From positions 36,370,078 through 36,434,077 of the forward strand of contig NC_081366.1 in NCBI RefSeq assembly GCF_030684315.1: a DNA stretch of 64,000 nucleotides, given 5' to 3'. The DNA comes from Stegostoma tigrinum. Its lineage: Eukaryota. A model generated the notes under the pieces. The model saw only the letters and a program-made list of their open reading frames with translations, searched no databases and was not told the DNA's origin. The stretch's first letter is position 1, and each line of letters opens with the position of its first letter. The position numbers were made by a program, and so were the translations under genes. This document shows, one piece after another, positions 11,840-23,326 of this stretch.

Positions 11840-13667
11840 TAGTTACTTTAATACTTTTAACTCTTAAATGCAGCTTCAACTTTTTGGCAACAGGAGCTGA
11901 CAATGTGGGATTGATGAATCAAATCAATGGTTGGGTGAAAGACACTGTGTTGAAATGTCAACCCAGTTGCTTGGTTTGCTCCCAAACCCTCACTTTTCTT
12001 CTCCCATATGCTGAGTCATTCAAGTCTGCACTGCTTTGCCGGTTTTTCAAGTTTCCATTAAAACAGTTTTATGCATTTCGTTAGCCAGTCACACAGTGAT
12101 GGTGCCTCATAAATTCAGTTTTGTTTCCATACCTCTGGTTGTCACATGGTAATAACACTTCTGGCATTTAGACATTTTTCTTCCTCTGAAACAAATAGTT
12201 AATTTCTTCCCAAGTGTATGTTGGTGATTTTATTTCCCCTTTCATTTTGTTCTGCCTCTTTTACATGCTGCTTATCTGTAATATCTTCCGGTTTCAAAAA
12301 AGGATAGCACCAAAATGTTATGTTTGTCTTTCCTTTCAATAGATATTGGCTGACCTCAAGATAATTTTATTTCACATTTCCAGTATCTGAGGAATTTGTC
12401 AATTTATTTTTGTGCCCAGCCTAATATTCTGTGAATTCAAGCAGGTAGAACCAGTTTGGTCAGAGCTAAGCAAAAATCTCAAGCAGAAGAAGTCTATGAG
12501 GTTCAAAATTATAGCTATCCCAACATACAAACATGTGAATTAGGTGTGGGAGTAGGCTATTCAGTGTGTTGAACCTGTCTGCCATTCATTAATGGCGGAT
12601 CTGATTTGCTGATGACACAAATACAGGTATGAAAATAAATTGTGAAGAGGACATAACGAGGCTACAAAAATATATAGATAGATTGAGTGGACAAAGCTGT
12701 GGACAAACAGACTACAATAGATGAACATATGGAAATGTCTTTTTTGGCAAGAAGAAAAACACTTTAATATCTAAATAGTGTGAAATTGCAAAGCTCTGAG
12801 ATGCAGAGGATATGGATATCTTTGTTCTTGATTGAAACATACCGGATCTTGAGGATTCTTGAATTGTATATGTGGAGAGAATGTTTCCTCTTGTCAGAGA
12901 ATCTAGGACCAGCAATTCCTGTCTAAAATTAAAGGATGCCCATTTAAAACAGAATTGAGCCAGCGCAAGCCTTCAACCAGGTCCATAACAATTCAACTAA
13001 TTAACACATTATAGAAATAGATTAAAAATTGACCCAGGAATATATTAGACAACAATAATATGAAATGGATCAAACCAAATATCCATGCCAACGTAGAGTT
13101 TGATTTTTCACTCAAACAAAATTGAAAATTTATGTAGTCATGTTCTGTTTCCACCATTTTGTATTGCAGTAGTTGGCAGCTTGCCATCTGGGAGTTAGGG
13201 AATTAAAATGCTCCTGTATGACTGCAACATCTCAAAGGATGCACCATTTCCAAAATGGATTTTGGCAGCAGATCGAAAACCTCTGTGGCTACAGAATGTA
13301 CAGATCTATAAAATCTACTAAAAAGCAACAAGCTCCAAAAATTGGCAGCTGAAGCTATGGAGGTTAGGCCTTGTTTAAATCAATTTAACGCCTCCCAGGG
13401 CAGCAGAAAGAGCTGGACAGTCATTACCATAATGCCCACCATGTGTACTCAGGTTTAATGACCTTAACAGGAAGGTAAGAGAAAACATTAAAATTTTTCA
13501 AAAATGCCATCAAATGCACTTCAAACTATTCCCCCCCCCCATTGTTAAGGAAATGTATTCCCTTCCCACCATATTGTTAAAGACAGTATGGTGGCCTTAA
13601 TCCAAGCCAACACTTGGAACTATTCTTAGATTGAGATCAATCAACATTCAAAATCTCTCATGGAATC

Positions 13668-13885
13668 TGAAATAACTCTACAGTGGTCAGTATCCCATCA
13701 CTAAGTCAGCCTTTATTTGCACGTGGAAAGTCCTTGACGCTAATCCAGCTCTTCAGAGCCAGTTCTCAGAGTTTGAGGATATCTGACACTCCTGTTTTTA
13801 TCTGTCAGCCAGAGCTTCCTGGTTGGAGTAGATTTACAGCCACAATCAGGGAACTCACCTGGCTGATCTTGTGACAATCACTACA
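13668..13885 (-). mobile_element. Solo LTR of the same Gypsy family as 27172-33418
   Basis: Reverse complement starts tgtagtgattgtcacaagatcagccagg and ends gagttatttca, matching both LTRs of the Gypsy element. Flanks gaatc/gaatt. Confidence 0.8.
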
Positions 13886-15060
13886 GAATTAAACTGGTTG
13901 CACTTACATTTCTGACCTACTTCCTATCCCCCTGTCCCCACGACATCTGCCCTTCCAACCCTCATCCTTCCGTAATGGGTTGCATGCTGATATCCAGATT
14001 CTTCTGGAAATTTTGTCAATCTGATTTGCAGCAATATTGCACTTTTTGAAAATGTTACATCTAATGACTTTTGGGTCAAGATAGCTTCCATGCTATGTAG
14101 ATTTGCGATAGGGTTGCTGATTGTGCAAGCAGTGGTATAAAATCAATATAAAACCAAAGTAAACAGCTTAATGAGCAGGAAACTTCTATAAAATCTTCTG
14201 GATGCACTGATCAGTCTGTGTTAACATGATACTGCAGTCAAGAAGATAGGCATCAATGTTAATGTCTGTCAATTACTTTGTTAAGATTTGTTAATCTCTT
14301 TAAGGTTAAGAGAAATAGATAATGAATCTTAGTTGTATTTGACCACAAATAAATGAGGAGCAGTTGTGACACTAGGTACAGCATGAGAGAGTACCCCTGA
14401 CCAAGTCAATAAACTCTGTCCACAAAGGAAAGATATGTATCTTAGTTTCTATCTCATCAATGTATTAACAAGAATAACTTTGGTTCTTACGTCTTCCTCA
14501 GATTACTTCATTATATGTCTTAGAAATAATTAAATTATATTTTGACAGAACTATGAAATATTAATTACTATCTACTCCCAGAGGTCAGCAGCATGCAGCA
14601 CATGTACAATGTCAACAAATTAAACCTCTGAAACCATTTTGTGAGGCACTTCTGAAAGGTCAAAAATATTTCTACCTGTTGGTCCCACCAGACTTAAAGT
14701 GCACAATTTCAAACTTTGAAGATGATGCAAAAATGAAGTATTATGAACTGTTAAGAGGATGATAACAGAATTCAAAAGGATATAGGGTGGTGAAATGGGT
14801 GGAAATGGCAGGTGAAATTTAATGCAGGGATGTGGTCCATTCTTATCGGAGGAGCATGAAGAAGGAATCGCAAATGAAGGCGCAACCTCAAAGGGGCAAC
14901 AGTAATCGAGTTCTGGGGTTACAAGTGCCTAAATCACAAATGTGACAAAGAGTTCCAGACAGAGATAATGGGAACTGCAGATGCTGGAGATTCCAAGATA
15001 ATAAAATGTGAGGCTGGATGAACACAGCAGGCCAAGCAGCATCTCAGGAGCACAAAAGCT

Positions 15061-15088
15061 GACGTTTCGGGCCTAGATCCTTCATCAG
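15061..15088 (-). ncRNA. Minimal type I hammerhead ribozyme motif (Penelope-associated)
   Basis: Reverse complement CTGATGA-a-ggatctaggccc-GAAA-cg-TC. Confidence 0.7.
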
Positions 15089-15239
15089 AGAGGGGGATGG
15101 GGGGAGGGAACTGGAATAAATAGGGAGAGAGGGGGAGGCGGACCGAAGATGGAGAGTAAAGATCTTCTTTACTCTCCATCTTTGGTCCGCCTCCCCCTCT
15201 CTCCCTATTTATTCCAGTTCCCTCCCCCCATCCCCCTCT

Positions 15240-15267
15240 CTGATGAAGGGTCTAGGCCCGAAACGTC
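15240..15267 (+). ncRNA. Minimal type I hammerhead ribozyme motif (Penelope-associated)
   Basis: CTGATGA-a-gggt ctag gccc-GAAA-cg-TC: intact core, stem II, palindromic ACGT stem III, ct/ag stem I. Confidence 0.75.
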
Positions 15268-15869
15268 AGCTTTTGTGCTCCTGAGATGCTGCTTGGCCTG
15301 CTGTGTTCATCCAGCCTCACATTTTATTATCAAAAAGTTCCAGACAGCCTGGTTAAAAAAGTACACAGAATCATGAACTTCATAAGTAGAAGCATACGGT
15401 TGGATTTTTTTCATCCCAGTTGGTGGGGAAAGGGAACAAACCCATGGTTGGTGGGACAAAAAGATATGAAGAGCCATAATTCTGAAATTTCCACCTGATT
15501 TCATCTTCCACCCTACATGATTTTGAAATGAAGCAGGTCATTGCCCACTGTTTTCAAAAGCAGAACTTCCATATTGCCGCTACCTCAATTTTTTATATCC
15601 TGTAGTTTAAAATGTGCATTTAGGTAGATAGGCTTCTGAAGTCTGTGAACCATGGCAGATCAGAGGGTTCACGATCCCACTGTTCTACAGTCTTTCACAG
15701 CTCTGGACATCGCATATCATTGATAGATAGTGAGATAATTCCAGGACATTATTAATGTAAAAATTGTTGATTGGACATCATTCTTAAAAAGTAAGTACCA
15801 TTAAAATAACGAGCATTTTGAAGGTATAAGCCAATACACTTGGGAAATGCTAACAAGGCAAAGGGTTCC

Positions 15870-16230
15870 ATTTATGAACAGTATGATCTTGGAAAAAAAT
15901 TGAACATCAATGAGACCTTGGCATGCAATCCACAGATCCCTGAAGGTAGCAGAGCAGGAAGATAAGATGGTTAAGAAGCCATATGGGATATTTGACTTTG
16001 TTAGCCAAGGCATAGAATACAAGAGCAGGGAGGTTATACTGGAACTGTATAAAATGCTGGTTACCTCACAATTGGAATATCAACAGTGAGTCTGGTCGCC
16101 ACATATGGCAAGGATGTGATTGCATTAGAGATGATGCAGGTGAGATTTACAAGAAAGCTGTTTTGACTAAGTTGTGAGCTATGAGAAAATATTGGACAGG
16201 TTGGTGTTGTTTTCCTTTAAGCTGCAAAGG
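15870..16230 (+). mobile_element. CR1 LINE fragment
   Basis: gcatagaatacaagagcagggaggttatactggaactgtataaa (GIEYKSREVILELYK-type CR1 ORF2 C-terminus). Confidence 0.7.
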
Positions 16231-16514
16231 TCGGGAGTACTTAGATTTAGATTTAGACCTTATTGTCGTGTAGTCCTCAAGTACAAATGCACAAGGGCAC
16301 ATTGAAAATTTTTCAACATTGCCACACACAGTTCCATCTTAGGTATAAATGCCTAATGTACGAAAACTTAAGAATAAGATAGAAAGAAATAAGGAAGAAA
16401 GTTAAATGCCAAACATTACAGTCACTCTTAATGTAGTGCAAAATAAAATAAAGTTAAAAGTTAAACTTTACAGTCCTTAGTATAAAATCCAATACTAAGA
16501 AAATAAAGCCCCGA

Positions 16515-16835
16515 GTTAGAGATAGCAAAAAGCTTTTTCCCAGAGTGGGGGACTCAATTACTAGGGGTCATGAGTTCAAAGTGAGAGGAGGAAAGTTTAA
16601 GGGAGATACGCGTGGAAAGTTCTTTACACAGAGGGTGGTGGGTGCCTGGAACTCGTTGCCAGTGGAGGTGGTAGACGCAGACACATTAGCGTCTTTTGAG
16701 ATATATTTGGACAGGTACATGGATGGGCAGGGAGCAAATGGACACAGACCTTTAGAAAATAGATGACAGGTTAGACAGAGGATCTTGATCGGCGCAGGCT
16801 TGGAGGGCCAAAGGGCCTGTTCCTGTGCTGCAGGT
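16515..16835 (+). mobile_element. CR1 LINE 3' end, relatively young
   Basis: ORF 16545-16766 TRGHEFKVRGGKFKGDTRGKFFTQRVVGAWNSLP followed by the gggcctgttcctgtgctg tail. Confidence 0.9.
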
Positions 16836-18024
16836 TTCTTTGTTTGTTTCTTTGTTAAACATTGCAGTCTTTCTGAACTGTGTAGCTATGTTGGGATTGC
16901 AGTTCCTATGAAGGCTCAATGTCTTCCGCTTTAGCATGCTTTCTCTGCCCTGGCTCGATCTCCCCTGCTGTTGTTGTCACCGCAGATGTGGGGGGATCCT
17001 CTACCACCACATTGGGCTCATTCTTGGGATCTCAGACTGCCAAAGTCCCAGGTGAAGGACTTCAGCTACTGCCACACACCAGACCGCCAAAGCCCCAATC
17101 CAGGTGCCATATATGCCAGACCTCGGTCTTCCCTTTGCTTTGCACTCTGGACCTCAGCCTTGCCTTCAGTTCATGCACTGGGCCTTGCCCTTGGTCCATG
17201 CGCCAAGCCCGAGTCTCATCATCAGTTTGCATGCAGGGCATTGGCAACTCACTGAGAGTCCCAGGCCGAGCCCCCAGCCGCAACCTTGCACTGGGCATCT
17301 AGGCAACTGCCAAATTCAATGAGCCTGATACTGCCACTACCACAGCCTCTCTCCAAATTGTAAGCTGGTAGAAGAAGAACTAAAACAAACTAAAAATAAA
17401 AAAAACAAGAAAAGAAGAAAAAAGGCAAGGAAAAAGAAGAGCAGACAAGTGGATGTGCCTCGTCTGTTGTCATATTGCTAGAGATGAGAACTTGATGGAG
17501 ATGTATAAGATTGAGGGCCATAAATAGGGTGGAACCAAAGGCACATTTTCCATTAGTAAATAGGTCAATAACAGTGAGAATAGATTTAAGATTAAAGATA
17601 GAAGGGAAAGAGGGAAGTTAGGGAAAAATATTTTCCATCCAAAGGGTGATGGATCTGTGGAATTCACTGCCTGAGATGGTGGTTGAGTCAGAAACTTACT
17701 TAATATTTAAGCAGGATTTAAATGTTGCCACATCATCCAGGCCTATGAACCTAAAGCTGGAAAACAGAGCTAGTGTAGTCAGATTTTTGTTGACTGGTCC
17801 AGACACGATGGGTTAAATGGCCTCATTCCATGCTGTAAATATCTGAGTATGAGATTGTGTTCAGATGTATTAGAGCACATTATCCACTCAATGAAGCGCA
17901 CTACTACTTTCAGAAGTGTTGTGATCTTGTCATTTGAAAACTACTTTAATCTTTACATTGATCCACAGCCCAACCATCTGTTGAGTCTTTTTATGAATGG
18001 CAGCCACAGGGATGGGTAAGAATG

Positions 18025-18990
18025 CCAGCTATTCATGATATATGCTAATGATTTAGTTGAGGGAACTAAATGTAATGTCTCAAAATTTGCAGATGACACA
18101 AGTCTGAGTGGAAGGGTGAGCTGTGAGGATAATGAAGAGATGTCGCAGTGTGATTTGGACAGGTTGAATAAGTGGGTAAATGCATGGCAGATGCGCTATA
18201 GTGTGGACAAATGTAAGGTTGTCCACTCTGGAAGCACATTTAAGAAGGCAGGTTATTATTTGAATGGCTGTAAAATGAGAAGGGAATGTGCAACAAGGCC
18301 TTGATGTCCTCATTAACCAATTGCTGGAAGTCAGCACACAGGTGCAGTATGCAGTAAAGAAGGCAAACTGTATGTTGGCCTTCATAGTGAGAAGATCTGA
18401 GTACAGGAACAAGGATGTCTTGCTGCGATTATACAGGGCATTGATGAGGCCACACCTGGAATATTGTGTGTGGTTTTGGCCTCCTTATCCAAATAAAGAT
18501 AGTCTTGCTTTTGAGGAAGTGCAGTGAAGTTCTCCCAAATTGTTTCCTGGGATAGCAGGACTGACGTATGAGGAGAGATTGAGTTGGTTAGAATTGTATT
18601 CACTAGAGTTTAGAAGAATGAGGAGAGATCTCATAAAAACCTGTCAAATTAGATACAAGAAGGATGTTCCCACCGGTGGGGAAGTCCAAAATAAGGGGTC
18701 ATAGGTTAAGGATAAAGGAGTAAACTTTTTAGGACTGAAATGAGGAGAAATTTCTTCACCCAGAGAGTGGTGAACCTATGGAATTCACTACCGCTAATAG
18801 TGATTGAGGCCAAAACATCACATGTTTTCAAGAAGGACATAGATATAGCTCTTGTGTCCATAAGGATCAAGGGATGTGGGGAGGGTGGGATTAAAGTATC
18901 GAGCTGAATGATTAGCATGATCATATTGAATGGTGAGCAGTCTTAAGGGGTCAAATGGGCTACCCCTGCTCCTATTTTCTATGTTTCTAT
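18025..18990 (+). mobile_element. CR1 LINE RT and 3' end
   Basis: IYANDL…SKFADDT (RT catalytic motif), LYRALMRPHLEYCV, FFTQRVVNLWNSLP, ctcctattttctatgtttctatg tail. Confidence 0.9.
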
Positions 18991-19704
18991 GTCCGGCAGG
19001 TTATGTATGGATACGTTAAAGTGGGATCACCCAAAGATATCATACATACAATCACACGGATAATGAGACATTTATTCATCAGCACAAAAGATCAAGGACC
19101 ACAAAATAAAGCAGTTTACAAAAGTTTCGGAATTCCTTTACACTTATTAAGGAAGGGGCAGATTTAAGATAGGATTTCAAACATTCTTAAGTTGCATTTC
19201 CTCAGTGATCCAATACAAAAAAGCTAGCTGCTAAATTTGAGATGGTTGCTTTCTCCAGGAATCCATGGACTGAACCTGATAAGTCCCTTGATTATGATTG
19301 ATTAAACCAGAATGACTAACAGTGGCTCAAAACAGTTTAATAAGATGCAAATGAATGGAAATAAGGTATTCAAGGGCAAGGTTCTAAAGTGACCATTTAG
19401 ACCTTGAGGGGAAATTCATAACAAGTTTGCTTCACTGTTTTTTTTTGCCCAATTTTATCATCATACTTGCTATTATTCTCTTCGCATCAGAAAGGGCAAA
19501 ATTCCATGTCGCTGCTCTCTATTCCTTCAGTCTAAAAAACTGAATTCTCTCCCCTTGAGATTCTCCATTGTTATGTCACTGATGATAACTTAATTCTTGT
19601 GAAGTACAGCATATTAATTTTTATCCTGCATCATTTATTAAAATTCTGACTGGTAAAACTTTGTTCATGCCTATTTTCAGAATTGATGCACTGTCAGTGA
19701 ATGT

Positions 19705-20145
19705 TATACAACATGAGGAGAGACTGACTAGGTTAGGATTGTTTTCACTGGAGTTCAGACAAATGAGGGGGTTCGCATAAAAACTGACAAAATTCTATAC
19801 AGGGTAAAGGCAGGGAGGATGTTCCTGATGGTGACTGAGTCCAGAACCAGAGGGCACAGTCTGAGTATTCGGAGTAGACCATTTAGGACAGAGATGAGGA
19901 AAAAGTCCTTCAACTAAAGAGTGGTGAGCCTGTAGAATTCATTACCACAGGAAGTAGTTGATCCCAAAACATTGAATGTATGCAAGAGGTGGCTGGATAT
20001 CGTATTTGGGATGAATGAGATCAAAGGTTATGGGGCGATAGCAAGATTAGGCTATTCAGTTAGACGATCAGCCATGATCATGATGAATGGCAGAGCAGGC
20101 TTGAAGAGCTGAATGGCCTTCTCCTGCTCCTACCTTCTATGTATG
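19705..20145 (+). mobile_element. CR1 LINE 3' end
   Basis: Same 3' region as 18560-18990. Confidence 0.8.
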
Positions 20146-20169
20146 ATTCTGTGTATAACTAGTTTATGC

Positions 20170-20635
20170 GTTCCTGCTGAACATAATCCCAAACTAAACT
20201 AGTTGCACCTGCCTGCTCCTAGCCCATATCCCTCCAAACCTTTCCTATTCATGTACTTATCCAAAAGTATTTTAAACTTTGCAAACATACCTACATCCAC
20301 CACTTACTCAGGAAGTTCATTCCACATGTGAGCCACCCGCCGTGTAAAAAATTTGTCCCTCTTGGCTTTTTTAATGTGACCCTAGTTTTGAAATTCCCCC
20401 ATCCTAGTGAAAAGACTACTGCCATTAACTCTATCTATACCCCTCATTATTTTATGAACTTATGTAGGGTTGCCTTCAACCTCCTATGCTCAAGTGAAAA
20501 AGTCCCAGCCTATCCAACCTTTCTTTATAACTCAAACCTTCCATATTCAATAACATCCTGGTAAATTTCTTTTGAACCCTCTCCAGCTTAAAAATATCCT
20601 TCCTACAACTGGGTGACCAGAACTGGACATATCTG
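20170..20635 (-). mobile_element. CR1 LINE 3' end (reverse)
   Basis: Reverse-complement CR1 3' ORF2 and tail (…ccagaactggaca). Confidence 0.7.
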
Positions 20636-20970
20636 GACATTTTCTTTTCATCTTGATTTGATTTCTTTACTTTCTTCTCTTGTTTTTTATTTCTAACGAT
20701 TGTGTACTAAGATGGCACTGTAGAGTGGCACCTCTGCATACTTTTCACTGTACTCTTATATTCTTGTACTTGGGTACACGTGACAATAAATAAAATCTGA
20801 AACCTGAAAATCTGAATTTAACCAGAAAGGTGCATTCTATCAATACAGCTAACAATTGTATGAAAAATGGGAAATTGAGATTGGTAGATTAAAGGTTGTA
20901 CTGCTGAGGTTGAGGCAACAGCACCATCTGATAGGTTTTCAGTAAAGGGGCAGAAACAGAACAATAAAAT

Positions 20971-21422
20971 CTCCCCTTCCCCCACTGCATCCCAAAACCA
21001 GCCCAGTTCGTCCCCTCCCCCCACTGTACCACACAACCAGCCCAGCTCTTCCCCTCCACCCACTGCATCCCAAAACCAGTCCAACCTGTCTCTGCCTCCC
21101 TAACCTGTTCTTCCTCTCACCCATCCCTTCCTCCCACCCCAAGCCGCACCTCCATCTCCTACCTACTAACCTCATCCCACCTCCTTGACCTGTCCATCTT
21201 CCCTGGACTGACCTATCCCCTCCCTACCTCCCCACCTATACTCTCCTCTCCACCTATCTTCTTTTCTCTCCATCTTCGGTCCGCCTCCCCCTCTCTCCCT
21301 ATTTATTCCAGAGCCCTCACCCTATGCCCCTCTCTGATGAAGGGTCTAGGCCCGAAACGTCAGCTTTTGTGCTCCTGAGATGCTGCTTGGCCTGCTGTGT
21401 TCATCCAGCCTCACATTTTATT
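20971..21422 (+). mobile_element. Penelope-like 3' tail (family A) with intact hammerhead
   Basis: Near-identical to the tails at 3600-4020 and 23327-23760. Three copies of a ~39-bp internal unit. Hammerhead at 21334-21361. Flanks acaataaaat (20961-20970 and 21423-21432). Confidence 0.9.
21334..21361 (+). ncRNA. Minimal hammerhead ribozyme motif
   Basis: CTGATGAagggtctaggcccGAAAcgTC. Confidence 0.75.
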
Positions 21423-23326
21423 ACAATAAAATGTGGTTTTGGTTTTAACAGCTCAGAAACAAAAATAATTCGTGAGTTTTACGTTTTGACAAAACGAAAG
21501 CATAAATTGTTCAGGAGCTTTAACTGCTGAGATGGCCCATCTGCTATTCCCAACACACTCTGCACATGAAACAGCAGCATCTAACTGATTGTCATGCATA
21601 AGGATGGCAACTCAGAGCACTAATAAATTTTTGTGTTCCTGTCCACAGCATCCACAGTTCTTCACCAAAAGCTGAACATTGATGTGTGGCAATATTTATG
21701 CTTGTAGTTACAATATTTTCTTGGGTTTTATGAAATTCTATTGTGAATGCAGCAAATTTGTAGAAAATCATCTATGGCAATACTTACTGCACAGAAAGAG
21801 GTAATTTGACCAGCCGCGTCTGTGCTGGCTGTCTGAAGGGACAATTCACCTAATGCCACTTGCCTGCCATTTCCTCACAGTCCTACACATTCTTCCCTTT
21901 CAGATAATAACCCAATTCCCTCTTGATGCCTCGACTGAACCAGCCTCCACCATTTTGTCAGTCATCATGGTTACGGATCCTAACTATTTGCTTTGTGAAA
22001 ACCTTTTTACTCACATTACCTCACTAACACCTTCACATCCTTCCTAAAGTATGGTACTCAGAATGGATGAAATACTCCAGTTGAGGTCAGACTCATGATT
22101 TATACATTTAACGTAACTTTATTGGTTTTGCATCTATTCATGAAACAGAGAATGTTGCATGCTATAATAACGATACTCTCGACCTGCCACCTTTAATGAT
22201 TTATGTGCAGATACGCTCAAGTCCCTTTTCTCATGTATTCCCATTAGAAATGTAAGCTATATTTTATAATGCCTCCCTAAGTTCATTCTATTGTAGTCAC
22301 TGCATTTATTTTTATTTGTACACGGAATGTAGATGTTATTTGCCAGGCCAGCATTTATTGCCCAGAGCTCAGGTCGGAGTCCATCACATTGTTGTGTTTC
22401 TAGATTCAGACAAGACCATGTAAGGTTTGAATATTTGTTTAGCAGGTAAGGACATTAATGAATCAAATTATTTTTTTAAGACAATCGACAGTGGTTACAT
22501 GGTCACCATTAGGCTGGGTTTTTTAAGTCCAGATTTTTTTAATTGAATTTAAAAATCTGCCATGGTAGGATTCAAACTCATGTTCCAGAACAATAGCCTG
22601 GAGCTCTAGGTTATGAAATTAATAACAGTGGGATCCAGAATTAATACAAGAAAGTAAGTCAAACAAGCTGTGAAAAATGGAATCAAAATGAATGAGAAAG
22701 AAACAGTCCAGTTGCTTTCAAATCATCAGGCAGCCTTCCCACCACTTTTCTGCATTTCTGGTGAATGTTGAGAGCATAGCACCCATTGTCCAAAACTCTC
22801 ATTCTGATCACAAGCACAATCCCAAAAAGGGGAACAATTAGGAGTAGAAAAGTTTTTTCTTGAAAATCTGCCTCACACTCCACGGAAACAGGGGCAATGA
22901 TAAACCTTCTGCTGCTGTAGAGATAGGCTATTTCAGCATAGAAAGGAACTGAATTTGGGACTCACCTTTACAAAATGGTTCACTTTACTCCACACAGTAT
23001 ACTTAGCAAAGCAAAAGCAAAATATTGCATAGGTTGAAAACTTGAAACTAAGAGGGAAAATGCTGAGAATATTCAGCTGATTAGGCAACATTTGCAAAGA
23101 AAAAAGTGTTCACATTTAGGTCAATAACCTTTAATCAGAACTCAAAAAGTTTCGAGACTTAACTGGTTTAAAGCAGGTCCAGGAACAGAGAAGAGGATAG
23201 GAGAGGAAACAATGGAAGAGAAGCTCTGGTGGTTGAGTGGCAGGCAACAAAGACAAAGTACAAAAGAAACAATGAGGGTAGACAAAGAGAAGTACAAGGA
23301 AAGAAACAAAAAGGAAGGTTCAGAGG

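Larger units (their letters stand above)
14963..15330. mobile_element. Young fold-back Penelope-like tail (family A) with two hammerheads, inserted in a CR1 remnant
   Basis: About 165-bp arms (2 mismatches seen) around a 3-nt loop at 15163-15165. 17-bp TSD caaagagttccagacag (14946-14962) and caaaaagttccagacag (15331-15347). Confidence 0.9.

Noticed and set aside
14934-15376. Two nearly identical divergent ORFs (MESK…PLSDEGSRPETSAFVLLRCC)
   Set aside because: They are translations of the palindromic Penelope tail; SDEGSRPETS is the hammerhead sequence read as codons.
20979-21085. Three ~39-bp direct repeats (CRISPR-like periodicity)
   Set aside because: They are tandem units inside a Penelope tail with no unique spacers, in eukaryotic DNA.
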